Source: Flavobacteriaceae bacterium
Lineage (GTDB): Bacteria > Bacteroidota > Bacteroidia > Flavobacteriales > Flavobacteriaceae
Direction of reading: 5' to 3'
DNA length: 44,142 bases
Assembly (NCBI GenBank): GCA_030613745.1
Contig: JAUWLK010000001.1
Span: 1 to 44,142 of the forward strand
Part shown: positions 27,284 through 36,320 of the stretch, in pieces
How the letters are laid out: each line of letters opens with the position of its first letter
Numbering within the stretch: position 1 is the first letter of the stretch
Notes under the pieces: generated by a model
What the model was told of the DNA's origin: nothing
Database searches by the model: none
Seen by the model: only the letters and a program-made list of their open reading frames with translations
Position numbers and translations under genes: made by a program

Positions 27284-29473
27284 ATGATGATTATACCTAA
27301 AATGAAACAAGCACTATGTTTAATAACTGTATTAGCTTTTGCAAATTTATATTCTCAAACCAATACAAATTCTAATAGCAACATATTTGAGAAATTGAAT
27401 TTAGACACTCCAGGTATGGAGTTAGTTAAGCAATATTCTACAAATGATAAAAAGACTAAAGCTTTAAGTGAGCTTCTAAAGTTCTACAGAAAAAAAGAAG
27501 ATATTTATAAAAGGGTTACCAAAGAAGATATCTCATTTATCAAAGAACAATATCAAGAAGATGTTACCCAATCAATTAGCATTGCGGATGAAGTAAGAAA
27601 AAAATATTTTGTTTTTAGAGAAGAATGGGATATGGAAAGAACAAATATCCCCTACCAATTTAAAAAGGAAATTGATTGGGAGCTAAATCCTTTTGGCGAT
27701 CCAGAATGGACATGGATGCTTAACCGAAATAAATACTGGATGCATTTAGGGAAAGCATATTTTTTTACAGGAAAGGAAAAGTATGCCAAAACTTTTGTAC
27801 AACAAGTAACGCATTGGATTGATAATAATCCACTTCCATCTTTAGAAGATAAATATAGGGGAACTGGAGCCTGGAGAAGAATAGAAGCAGGAATACGTTG
27901 TGAAAACTGGATCAAATCTTTTGAGTTTTTAAAAAAATCAAAATATGTTACGCCAGAGTTTCTTGAAAAGTTCTTAAACGCTCTTTTTTTACATGGAGAA
28001 TATATTAACAACTCATTCAGTAATTTTTCTAAGATAAGTAATTGGAGCATTTTAGAAAATCATGGGCTATTTAATTTATCAGTCTTTTTAGAAGACTTTA
28101 AAATAGCTTCTGCCTGGCAAAAAAAGGCAGTAAATAGGTTAACGACATGCATGGAATTACAGGTTTTAGAAGATGGTACACACTGGGAGCATTCACCTAT
28201 GTATCATAATGAAGTTTTCCATTGCTTTTTGAATGTAAATCTATTAGCACAACGTTATAATATAGAACTTCCAGAAATCCTTGTGCAAAAAACAAAAGGC
28301 ATGGCTTACGCAAATATAGGATGGCAAAAGCCAAATTACCATCAGCCTTTATTAGGTGATAGTGATGATACTGATATAAGAGGGCTACTTTCTTTAGCAT
28401 CTTATCTGTTTAAGAATTCAATTGTAAAATCAAGAGCAGATAAAGAATTAGATTTTGAAAATTATTTGGTATTAGGAAAAAATGTTGCTGAAAATTATAA
28501 GAACATTCAGCCAATAGAACCTTCTTTTTTGTCAAAATTTCAACAAAATTCAGGCGACTTTTACATGCGAACCTCATGGGGTGAAGATGCAACTTATACT
28601 TCATTACATTTAAAGAAACTTGCTGCAGGACATGCTCATGATGACCTTTTAAGCTTTACCATATTTGCTAATAATAAAGATTATTTAGTAGATAATGGTC
28701 GCTATACTTATGTAGATAACAAGTGGAGAAAGCTATTTAAAAGTAACGCAACTCATAATACACTTGGTGTAGATAATTTACCCAATAGTATTTTGAAAAA
28801 TGCATGGTTTAATGAATACGAAGCATGGTCAGAAGATATCTATACAAAATCTAGTTCATTTTTTGATTATGGAGAAGCTGTAAACTCTGGATATAAAAGA
28901 TTAGAAGATCCTGTATATATGAAAAGAAGAATGTTGTTCTTAAAACCAAATATTTGGTTGATATTCGATAGCTTTTCTGCTAAAGAAAGTCATAAATATT
29001 CGCAATACTTTAATTTTCCCAATGATAAAGTTCAAATAAAAGAACAGGCAATAGAAACAACCTACGAATCTAAAAATTTAAAGATTCAACCTATAAAAGA
29101 GGTTGAATTTAAAATAAACGATTCTTGGTACTCGCCAGAATACAATCTTAAATTAAAAAGCAAACAAGTTGAGTTGTTTAAAAACTCCACCGAATTTACA
29201 TCTTTAATATCCTTGCTCTATTTTCCAGAAGAGAGTAGTATAAATTATAAAAAAATACCTGTTTATAATAGAAAGGGAGAACTTCTTGCAGATAAAGATG
29301 CAGAAGCAGTTAGTATTTCTCTAAATGAGAAAGAATATATAGTAATGGTGGCATACAATTCTCCAACAATTGCTAATCATTTTTTCTTAGTAGATGGTAC
29401 TATGGTACATGGTGAGGTAATATTATTAGAAAAAGAAGGAAATAATATAAAGACACATATAATCAAAGATTAA
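27284..29473 (+). CDS. Heparinase II/III-family polysaccharide lyase (PL12-like)
   Basis: DPEWTWMLNR, WRRIEAGIR, SNW, EHSPMYH, GHAHDDLLSF, LVDNGRYTY and HNT. Confidence 0.88.
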   Translation: MMIIPKMKQALCLITVLAFANLYSQTNTNSNSNIFEKLNLDTPGMELVKQYSTNDKKTKALSELLKFYRKKEDIYKRVTKEDISFIKEQYQEDVTQSISIADEVRKKYFVFREEWDMERTNIPYQFKKEIDWELNPFGDPEWTWMLNRNKYWMHLGKAYFFTGKEKYAKTFVQQVTHWIDNNPLPSLEDKYRGTGAWRRIEAGIRCENWIKSFEFLKKSKYVTPEFLEKFLNALFLHGEYINNSFSNFSKISNWSILENHGLFNLSVFLEDFKIASAWQKKAVNRLTTCMELQVLEDGTHWEHSPMYHNEVFHCFLNVNLLAQRYNIELPEILVQKTKGMAYANIGWQKPNYHQPLLGDSDDTDIRGLLSLASYLFKNSIVKSRADKELDFENYLVLGKNVAENYKNIQPIEPSFLSKFQQNSGDFYMRTSWGEDATYTSLHLKKLAAGHAHDDLLSFTIFANNKDYLVDNGRYTYVDNKWRKLFKSNATHNTLGVDNLPNSILKNAWFNEYEAWSEDIYTKSSSFFDYGEAVNSGYKRLEDPVYMKRRMLFLKPNIWLIFDSFSAKESHKYSQYFNFPNDKVQIKEQAIETTYESKNLKIQPIKEVEFKINDSWYSPEYNLKLKSKQVELFKNSTEFTSLISLLYFPEESSINYKKIPVYNRKGELLADKDAEAVSISLNEKEYIVMVAYNSPTIANHFFLVDGTMVHGEVILLEKEGNNIKTHIIKD

Positions 29474-29479
29474 ATAATA

Positions 29480-30526
29480 ATGAAAAAAGTAGTCACATTT
29501 GGAGAAATCATGTTACGATTATCGCCTCCGGGATTTTCAAGATTTTCACAAACCAATTCATTTGATGTAGTTTATGGAGGAGGAGAATCTAATGTTGCAG
29601 TATCACTTGCCAATTATGGAGTGCCAGTAGATTTTATAACGCGTTTACCAAAAAATGATATTGGTGAATGTGCAATGATGGAAATGCGTAAAAGAGGTGT
29701 TGGAGTTGACAAGATCGTTTATGGTGGAGACCGTTTAGGGATTTATTTCTTGGAAACTGGAGCTGTTTCTAGAGGATCTAAAGTTGTTTATGACCGAGCA
29801 CATTCTGCAATTGCTGAAATTGAATCAGGAATGATCAACTGGGAAGAAGTTTTTGAAGGAGTTGAATGGTTTCACTGGACAGGAATTACTCCTGCTATCT
29901 CTCAAGGAGCTGCAGATGTATGTTTAGAAGCTGTAAAAGCTGCTAGTAGATTAGGAATTACTATTTCTACGGATTTGAATTACCGTGCAAAATTATGGAA
30001 ATTTTGTAATGATGCTCATAGAGAAGCCATCATGACTGAATTGACTTCATATTGTGATATCGTTCTTGGAAACGAAGAAGATGCTGAAATGCATTTTGGA
30101 ATTAAACCAGCAGGATTGGATATTACCACACAAGCACATGATGTGAAAGCTGAAGCATTTCTATCAGTTTGTGAACAAATGATAAAAAAATTTCCAAAAG
30201 CAAAAAAAGTAATTACAACCTTAAGAGGTTCTATCTCTGCATCCCACAACACTTGGGCTGGAGTTTTATATGATGGGACAACATTATTCCAAACTCGGCA
30301 GTACCAAATTACTGATATCGTTGATCGTGTTGGAGGTGGAGATTCATTTATGGGAGGATTGATTTATGGATTATTAAAATATCCTGAAGACGACCAAAAT
30401 GCGTTAAATTTTGCGGTTGCTGCTTCTTGTTTGAAGCATACCATTAAAGGAGATGCGAATTTAGTAACGGTGGCTGAAGTAGAAAAATTAATGGGCGGTG
30501 ATGCATCAGGCAGAGTAGCACGATAA
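29480..30526 (+). CDS. kdgK: 2-dehydro-3-deoxygluconokinase (PfkB)
   Basis: FGEIMLRL, GGGESNVA, DLNYRAKLW and DRVGGGDSF. Confidence 0.93.
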   Translation: MKKVVTFGEIMLRLSPPGFSRFSQTNSFDVVYGGGESNVAVSLANYGVPVDFITRLPKNDIGECAMMEMRKRGVGVDKIVYGGDRLGIYFLETGAVSRGSKVVYDRAHSAIAEIESGMINWEEVFEGVEWFHWTGITPAISQGAADVCLEAVKAASRLGITISTDLNYRAKLWKFCNDAHREAIMTELTSYCDIVLGNEEDAEMHFGIKPAGLDITTQAHDVKAEAFLSVCEQMIKKFPKAKKVITTLRGSISASHNTWAGVLYDGTTLFQTRQYQITDIVDRVGGGDSFMGGLIYGLLKYPEDDQNALNFAVAASCLKHTIKGDANLVTVAEVEKLMGGDASGRVAR

Positions 30527-30539
30527 TGAAATTAAAAAA

Positions 30540-31208
30540 ATGGCACAATTTACAAGAATAGAAGTAGCACAAACAATGAAAGGCACAGGGATGATTCCCT
30601 TGTTTTTTCATAATGATATAGAATTAAGCAAAAGCGTATTAAAAGCATGTTATGATGGTGGTGCACGACTCATGGAGTTTACTGCACGTGGTGATTTTGC
30701 GCATGAAGTTTTTGGTGAGCTAACAAAATATGCTATAAAAGAATTGCCAGGTATGATTATGGGCGTTGGTTCTGTAACTGATGCAGGGCAAGCCAGTTTA
30801 TATATAAGTTTAGGAGCAAATTTTATAGTAACTCCAGTTTTAAGGGAAGATATAGCAATAGCCTGTAACAGGCGTAAAGTATTATGGTCTCCCGGATGTG
30901 GAACTTTAACAGAAATCACCAAGGCAGAAGAATTAGGATGTGAAATTGTAAAATTATTTCCGGGTGATATTTACGGACCACAATTTGTTAAAGGAATTAA
31001 AGGGCCTCAACCCTGGACCAGTATAATGCCAACAGGAGGTGTTTCTCCAACAAAAGAAAACTTATCAGGATGGTTTGATGCAGGAGTCACTTGTGTAGGA
31101 ATGGGTTCTCAATTAATTTCAAAAGAGATCATAGCTAATAAAGATTATGCAAAACTAGAGCAGGATGTGAAAAATGCTTTGGCTTTAATTAAACAAGTAC
31201 GAAAATAA
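30540..31208 (+). CDS. eda: KDPG/KHG aldolase
   Basis: GVGSVTD, KLFPG, IMPTGGV and GMGSQL. Confidence 0.93.
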   Translation: MAQFTRIEVAQTMKGTGMIPLFFHNDIELSKSVLKACYDGGARLMEFTARGDFAHEVFGELTKYAIKELPGMIMGVGSVTDAGQASLYISLGANFIVTPVLREDIAIACNRRKVLWSPGCGTLTEITKAEELGCEIVKLFPGDIYGPQFVKGIKGPQPWTSIMPTGGVSPTKENLSGWFDAGVTCVGMGSQLISKEIIANKDYAKLEQDVKNALALIKQVRK

Positions 31209-31219
31209 ATTTTTTAAAA

Positions 31220-32521
31220 ATGAATAAAACAAATCAGAAAATAGGGAGCTATCGTTATAGAATTTTAGCCCTACTTATGTTTGCTACAACTATTAACTAT
31301 TTTGATAGAAGTCTTATTGGGGTAATGGCTCCAACACTTGAAAAAATGTTTGGATGGACTAATAATGATTACGCCAATATAATGATTTCATTTAAAGTAG
31401 CATATGCTATTGGAATGCTTTCAATGGGCGGATTAATTGATAGATTAGGGACTAAAAAGGGATATACTTTATCCATTGCTATTTGGAGTGTATTTGGAAT
31501 GCTACATGCGTTGGTACGTCCAGGATTTAGTATTATTGGATTTGCAGCAGCTCGATTTGGTTTAGGTTTTGGAGAGGCTGGTAATTTTCCAGCAGCTATT
31601 AAAACTACAGCTGAATGGTTCCCTAAAAAAGACAGAGCTTTTGCTACTGGACTTTTTAATGCAGCGACTAGTATTGGAGCAATTGCAGCTCCTTTTGTAG
31701 TTGGTTGGATCGTTCATGAAAATGGTAAAAACTGGCAGATTCCATTTTTAATTACCGGAGCATTAAGTGCAATTTGGGTAGCTTTATGGCTTCGGATGTA
31801 CAAAAAACCAGAAGTTCATCCAAAAGTTTCAAAAGAAGAACTAGCGTATATTCAAAATGATTCTGAAGTAGAAACAGAAGAAAAATTACCTTGGAAAAGT
31901 GTTCTTAATAAACGTCAAACATGGGCTTTTGGTTTAGCAAAAGTAACTGATGCTGTTTGGTGGTTTTACCTTTTCTGGGGAGCTAAATTTTTGGCGACTA
32001 CTTTTGATGTAAATATTAAGAATATTGCTCTTCCATTCTTCGTTATTTATATTTTGGCAGATGCTGGAAGTATTTTTGGTGGTTATCTTTCAGGAGCATT
32101 AATGAGAAAGGGGTGGACGATAAATAAAGCTCGTAAAATAACACTTTTAATATGTGCTTTAATTATACTTCCGGTCAGTTTTGTAGCAGTAACAGAAAGT
32201 AAATGGGTAGCAATAATACTTATTGGTATAGCTGCTGCTGGCCATCAAGCCTGGTCGGCTAATATATTTACACTAGTTTCAGATGTTTTCCCAAAAAAGG
32301 CTACGGCCTCTGTTGTTGGAATAGGTGGGATGATTGGAGCTGTAGCTGGTATTGTTGCCGATAAAGCATTGGGCTCAGTATTGGATCAGGCTGGTAATAG
32401 CGGATATTTTTGGGCATTTATGATCGCAGGCTCATGTTATCTCATTATCCTAGGACTTGTACATTTACTCATGCCAAAAATGACGCCATTAGATGAAAAT
32501 TTAAAATCTATAATTAAATAA
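31220..32521 (+). CDS. exuT: MFS hexuronate transporter (ExuT-like)
   Basis: ATTINYFDR, GEAGNFPAAIK..AEWFPKKDR and AHQAWSAN-like motif. Confidence 0.85.
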   Translation: MNKTNQKIGSYRYRILALLMFATTINYFDRSLIGVMAPTLEKMFGWTNNDYANIMISFKVAYAIGMLSMGGLIDRLGTKKGYTLSIAIWSVFGMLHALVRPGFSIIGFAAARFGLGFGEAGNFPAAIKTTAEWFPKKDRAFATGLFNAATSIGAIAAPFVVGWIVHENGKNWQIPFLITGALSAIWVALWLRMYKKPEVHPKVSKEELAYIQNDSEVETEEKLPWKSVLNKRQTWAFGLAKVTDAVWWFYLFWGAKFLATTFDVNIKNIALPFFVIYILADAGSIFGGYLSGALMRKGWTINKARKITLLICALIILPVSFVAVTESKWVAIILIGIAAAGHQAWSANIFTLVSDVFPKKATASVVGIGGMIGAVAGIVADKALGSVLDQAGNSGYFWAFMIAGSCYLIILGLVHLLMPKMTPLDENLKSIIK

Positions 32522-32597
32522 AACCTTTTCATATTGGGACATTGGATCCCCTTCATTGAAACATCTCATTAATTTAATCAAAAAAGATTCAAAAAAG

Positions 32598-32705
32598 ATG
32601 TTAGAACAAATAGTTAGTGCATATCAATCAAAATTTAATATACAACCATCAATTTATTATGTTAAGATAAGTGATGGAACAAAAATACTCAAAGATGAAG
32701 ACTAA
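32598..32705 (+). pseudogene. galK: Galactokinase remnant (35 codons)
   Basis: MLEQIVSAYQSKFNIQPSIYYVKISDGTKIL resembles GalK terminal sequence. It overlaps the galE remnant start, upstream of galT. Confidence 0.5.
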
Positions 32706-32874
32706 AAATAAAATATTAGTTACTGGCGGCTGTGGATATATAGGGTCTCATACAGTAGTATCATTATTAGAAAATGATCTTGCTAAAGAAAAACTGGGAT
32801 GGCGTGCAAAAAGAAAATTAGAAGAGATGATAAGCTCTTAATGGAAATGGGAACAGAATTTAAGAGCGGAGTAA
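32695..32874 (+). pseudogene. galE: UDP-glucose 4-epimerase remnant with large internal deletion
   Basis: N-terminal KILVTGGCGYIGSHTVVSLLEND is fused in frame to C-terminal LAKEKLGWRAKRKLEEMISS*WKWEQ. Confidence 0.85.
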
Positions 32875-32942
32875 ACAAACTAAAAAGAGTAATAATTACA
32901 TAAAACTCATATAAACTAAAAACAAGAATTAGAAATTAAGCA

Positions 32943-33959
32943 ATGGAAGCTATTTTAAAAAACACACACATTCGTAAGAATATTTTAACAGGAGAACAAG
33001 TTCTTGTATCACCACACCGCACACAAAGACCTTGGCAAGGTAAGATGGAAGCAAAAAGTAACGAATTGAATATTGATTATGACCCTTCATGTTATTTATG
33101 TCCTGAAAATGATAGAGCTAGTGGAGGTAAAAACCCGAATTACAATAACACGTTTGTTTTTACAAATGATTATGCTTCCCTAAAGCCTGAAACAGCATCA
33201 AACAATTATAAAAAAAGATTGTTAGAAGCGCATGGTGAAAAAGGCATTTGTAAAGTGATTTGTTTTTCACCTAATCATTCATTGACCTTATCAAAAATGA
33301 GTATTGATGATATAGAGAAAATAATTGAAGCGTGGAAGTCAGAATTTAAGAAGTTATCAGAATTGCCCTTTATTAATAATGTTCAAATATTTGAAAATAG
33401 GGGAGATATAATGGGTTGTAGCAATCCACACCCACATGGGCAAATTTGGGCACAACAAACGATTCCAAATGAGATTAATAAAAAAACAGACAACTTTTTT
33501 GATTACTATCAAAAAAATGGTAAAACGATTTTAGAAGATTATATCGAGCAAGAAATAAATGAAAATGAAAGGGTTATCTATGAGAATGACGATTTTGTGG
33601 TATTGGTTCCATTTTGGGCAGTCTGGCCTTTTGAAACAATGATCATTCCAAAAAAAGGAGTAGAGAATATATTACAACTTGATACCGTCACCATATCAAA
33701 TTATGCAAAGGCTATAAAAACCATCACATCAATATATGATAAGGTTTTTGATATATCCTTTCCATATTCAGCGGGAATTCATCAAGCACCAACAGATGGT
33801 CAAACTTATAAAGGATGGCACTGGCATATGAGTTTTTACCCACCGTTATTAAGGTCTGCTACAGTCAAAAAATTTATGGTAGGTTATGAGATGTTTGCTA
33901 TGCCACAACGTGATATCACTGCCGAAGTTGCTGCAGAAAAATTAAGAAGTTTTTTGTAA
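32943..33959 (+). CDS. galT: Galactose-1-phosphate uridylyltransferase
   Basis: VSPHRTQRPWQG, CYLCP, MGCSNPHPHGQIW and PPLLRSATVKKF. Confidence 0.96.
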   Translation: MEAILKNTHIRKNILTGEQVLVSPHRTQRPWQGKMEAKSNELNIDYDPSCYLCPENDRASGGKNPNYNNTFVFTNDYASLKPETASNNYKKRLLEAHGEKGICKVICFSPNHSLTLSKMSIDDIEKIIEAWKSEFKKLSELPFINNVQIFENRGDIMGCSNPHPHGQIWAQQTIPNEINKKTDNFFDYYQKNGKTILEDYIEQEINENERVIYENDDFVVLVPFWAVWPFETMIIPKKGVENILQLDTVTISNYAKAIKTITSIYDKVFDISFPYSAGIHQAPTDGQTYKGWHWHMSFYPPLLRSATVKKFMVGYEMFAMPQRDITAEVAAEKLRSFL

Positions 33960-33994
33960 ACTATGCAATCCTAAAAAAGTAAAAAATCTATTAT

Positions 33995-34110
33995 GGACTT
34001 AGCAGAACCAAAATATAAATTGTTGGAGCAGATGCTATTTATTCAACAAACAAAAATAGAGTATTTGCTACTTCTAATAAAACACAAACCAATTTTAAGC
34101 CCAAAGGAAA
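33995..34110 (+). pseudogene. Probable DDE transposase fragment
   Basis: One frame reads GLSRTKI*IVGADAIYSTNKNRVF...TNFKPKG, resembling the ADxxY catalytic-Asp region of IS5/IS4-like transposases. Contains a stop codon. Confidence 0.45.
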
Positions 34111-34296
34111 ACCCTCAAAACATCGAAAATAGCAACTTCAGTTGGCTAAAATGATAAAAACAACACTAAATTTACCCTATAAACAGAAATCCTAACAATC
34201 ATTATAAATTATCAGGATTAATTGAAGTTTTTCAAAGTTAGGATACTTCTGAAAGTATCTGAACTAGTAGTATTTAACAAATTGTATAAGTCGACA

Positions 34297-35571
34297 CTAT
34301 CTGAATGGCTGATTATCACCTTTTTTTGTTAAAAGATGAACTCTTTCTATTTCATCAAATTGTTTTCTTAACTTTTGCATATCATCACTCACTTTGCGTT
34401 CAATAACTTTAGCATAGATTTGAGTAGTAGAAATTCTAGAGTGTCCTAATAATTTTGAAACGGTCTCAATTGGTATACCATTGCTTAATGTAACGGTTGT
34501 AGCAAAAGTGTGTCTAGCTATATGGAATGTTAAGTTTTTTTGAATTCTACATATATCAGCAATCTCTTTTAAATAGGAGTTTAATTTTTGATTTGAAATT
34601 CTAGGAAATAAACTTCCTTGTGAAATAGATTTAATATCGGTTTTATATTTTTTAATAATTTCCAATGCTTTTGGTAATAGAGGGATTCTTATGGGTCTTG
34701 TTGTTTTTTCACGTTTATAATGAATCCATAATTCACCATCAATTCCAATACAGATGTTATCTTCTGTTAGATTAATCACATCTATATAACTCAAACTTGT
34801 ATAGCAACTAAACACAAATAAATCTTTTACCAATTGTAATCTAGGAATGCTGAATTGTTTCTCTTCAATTGATAGCAACTCATTAAAACTCAAAAAACCT
34901 CTTTCTGTTTTTATAAATTGAGATTTGAAATTGACAAAAGGATCTGCCGTAATCCAACCAAGTTTAAAGGAAAGATTTATCAATTTTCTAAAACGTTCAA
35001 TATGTTTCATAACAGTGTTGTTACCCATTTGTTTTTGATGATCTACTGGAATATACGCTCTTAGGAACTTTTCAAATTTTATTATAAAATGATAATTGAG
35101 TTCATTCAAATAGATATCTGAAGTTTTGTATGCTTTTTGGAGAAACTTTGAAATGTATTTTTGAGTAGTGAAATAATTCTTTTGAGTTCCCCATTTTAAT
35201 TTATCGACCATATCTTCATTATGGTAATTAATAATATCGATAACCGAATGATTTTGTTCATCTTCCCCTAAATATCTTGCCTTTATAGTTTGAGAAGTAA
35301 TGACTTTATGTTCCATTTTTAGGTCTTGATAGCATTTGAAAAGGCTACTATAGACTTCATCTAAATAATTATTGAGTGTTCTTGTTTTCTGACTTGTTCC
35401 GCGAGCTCTATTTTTATGGGCATCCCAATCAGATACTTCAACTTTTCGTTTTAAACTGATGGTTGCTCGTTTTCCATTTACGGTAATTCTAGCGTAAATT
35501 GATGCTTGCTTTTCTTTTGCTCTGGGGAAGTCTGCCCAAAACAAAATACTAAAGGTGGAAGATGTTTTCAT
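34297..35571 (-). CDS. int: Tyrosine recombinase/integrase of the island (intact)
   Basis: N-terminal arm-binding domain, HIARHTFATT (HxxR), LLGH and TTQIYA catalytic Tyr. Confidence 0.96.
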   Translation of the reverse strand: MKTSSTFSILFWADFPRAKEKQASIYARITVNGKRATISLKRKVEVSDWDAHKNRARGTSQKTRTLNNYLDEVYSSLFKCYQDLKMEHKVITSQTIKARYLGEDEQNHSVIDIINYHNEDMVDKLKWGTQKNYFTTQKYISKFLQKAYKTSDIYLNELNYHFIIKFEKFLRAYIPVDHQKQMGNNTVMKHIERFRKLINLSFKLGWITADPFVNFKSQFIKTERGFLSFNELLSIEEKQFSIPRLQLVKDLFVFSCYTSLSYIDVINLTEDNICIGIDGELWIHYKREKTTRPIRIPLLPKALEIIKKYKTDIKSISQGSLFPRISNQKLNSYLKEIADICRIQKNLTFHIARHTFATTVTLSNGIPIETVSKLLGHSRISTTQIYAKVIERKVSDDMQKLRKQFDEIERVHLLTKKGDNQPFR

Positions 35572-35665
35572 GATTTCGTCTATTAATTAATATTAATTAT
35601 TGTTATCAGACGAAAGTTAAATCACTTATAAAGATACATTTATTTACACAACAATAGGTAATTTT

Positions 35666-35719
35666 AACAAATCGGTCAACACTTTTCAAAAAGTAAGTTT
35701 GTTATCCGATTTGTTGACG
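35666..35719. promoter_or_regulatory. Putative integrase arm sites (right end)
   Basis: aacaaatcggtcaaca (inverted) and tgttatccgatttgttgacg (identical to 1053-1072). Confidence 0.7.
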
Positions 35720-35765
35720 TTTTTAATAGGATTTTATGACTTATAATGATATGCATAAAAACAGA

Positions 35766-35797
35766 AAAACCTGTAAATCATATGATTAACAGGTTTT
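35766..35797 (-). terminator. Element-supplied inverted repeat/terminator downstream of the tRNA
   Basis: aaaacctgtaaatca-ta-tgattaacaggtttt. Confidence 0.6.
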
Positions 35798-35822
35798 CAG
35801 TATAGATTGATACTATAAAAAG

Positions 35823-35897
35823 TCGGGGTGGCAGGATTCGAACCTGCGGCCTCCACGTCCCAAACGTGGCGCGATAACCGGGCTACGCTACACCCCG
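35823..35897 (-). tRNA. tRNA-Pro(TGG), CCA not encoded; its 3' end is the attL
   Basis: CGGGGTG acceptor, anticodon arm CCACG-TTTGGGA-CGTGG, T arm GCAGG-TTCGAAT-CCTGC, CACCCCG-A. Confidence 0.97.
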
Positions 35898-36136
35898 AAT
35901 TGGTTATCATTAAGAAATCTTTTGATTCCTCTTTTCTTTATTTTTTTCTCTAATTTCATTGCTTCAGATCTATTTTCAACATCAAATGTTGTAATTAAAA
36001 CCCAAGGCAAACCACTTTTAGTTGAAGGTACAAATCCATAATTATGTCTTACTAACCTTCCTTTAATATTATGTGTTTGACCAACATAATATCTTAACTT
36101 TTTTTTACTATACAATATGTAAACTACATATTCCAT
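35888..36136 (-). CDS. Small GIY-YIG nuclease (82 aa)
   Basis: VYILYS...YYVGQT...RLVRHN...TK..PW...EAMKLEKKIKK. Likely start ATG 36136. The stop TAG lies within tRNA nt 8-10. Confidence 0.9.
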   Translation of the reverse strand: MEYVVYILYSKKKLRYYVGQTHNIKGRLVRHNYGFVPSTKSGLPWVLITTFDVENRSEAMKLEKKIKKRGIKRFLNDNQFGV

Positions 36137-36148
36137 ATAATACTTTAA

Positions 36149-36225
36149 GTCAGGGTGGTCACGCTCAAGCGTGACGGCCTCCACGTCCCAAACGTGGCGC
36201 GATAACCGGGCTACGCTACACCCCG
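36149..36225 (-). ncRNA. tRNA-Pro-derived element with a replaced T-arm (pseudo-tRNA / tRNA mimic)
   Basis: The first ~50 nt are identical to the tRNA. The T arm is replaced by GTCACGC-TTGA-GCGTGAC. The acceptor 3' strand CACCCTG still pairs, with one G.U. Confidence 0.8.
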
Positions 36226-36262
36226 AAATTCATTTTCCAAAATCAATCTATAAGATTTTTTT

Positions 36263-36303
36263 GGGCGGAGTTTATGCCGTGCTTGACACGGTACTACACC
36301 CCG
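36263..36303 (-). repeat. tRNA-Pro 5' fragment interrupted by a hairpin
   Basis: ctacaccccg (36294-36303) matches tRNA nt 1-10. Adjacent is the hairpin ccgtg-cttga-cacgg (36277-36291), then gggc as in the tRNA. Confidence 0.7.
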
Positions 36304-36320
36304 AATAATTTTTCAGTCTG

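Larger units (their letters stand above)
979..35838. mobile_element. Integrative mobilisable element / genomic island in tRNA-Pro(TGG) carrying a GAG/uronate PUL
   Basis: Flanking 17-bp direct repeats, integrase adjacent to the tRNA, identical 20-mer at both inner ends (1053-1072 and 35700-35719), and mob/ssb/radC/DUF932 backbone. Confidence 0.88.

Noticed and set aside
8551-30922. Short antisense or alternate-frame ORFs inside large genes (e.g. 8551-8796, 10569-10835, 13769-14791, 16799-18856, 20359-20656, 27652-28604, 30016-30922)
   Set aside because: They are fully nested in well-supported genes and have no motifs.
32522-32597. Possible coding remnant after exuT
   Set aside because: It is too short and has stop codons, and I could not assign any family.
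979-35838. Prophage or self-transmissible ICE
   Set aside because: No capsid, terminase or tail genes, no tra/T4SS genes, and the relaxase is truncated.
36149-36225. Second functional tRNA-Pro gene
   Set aside because: It lacks the TTCGAA T-loop, so it is reported as a tRNA-derived element instead.
35888-36225. Group I intron with homing endonuclease in the tRNA
   Set aside because: The tRNA is uninterrupted and the nuclease lies between tRNA copies. There is no room for an intron core.
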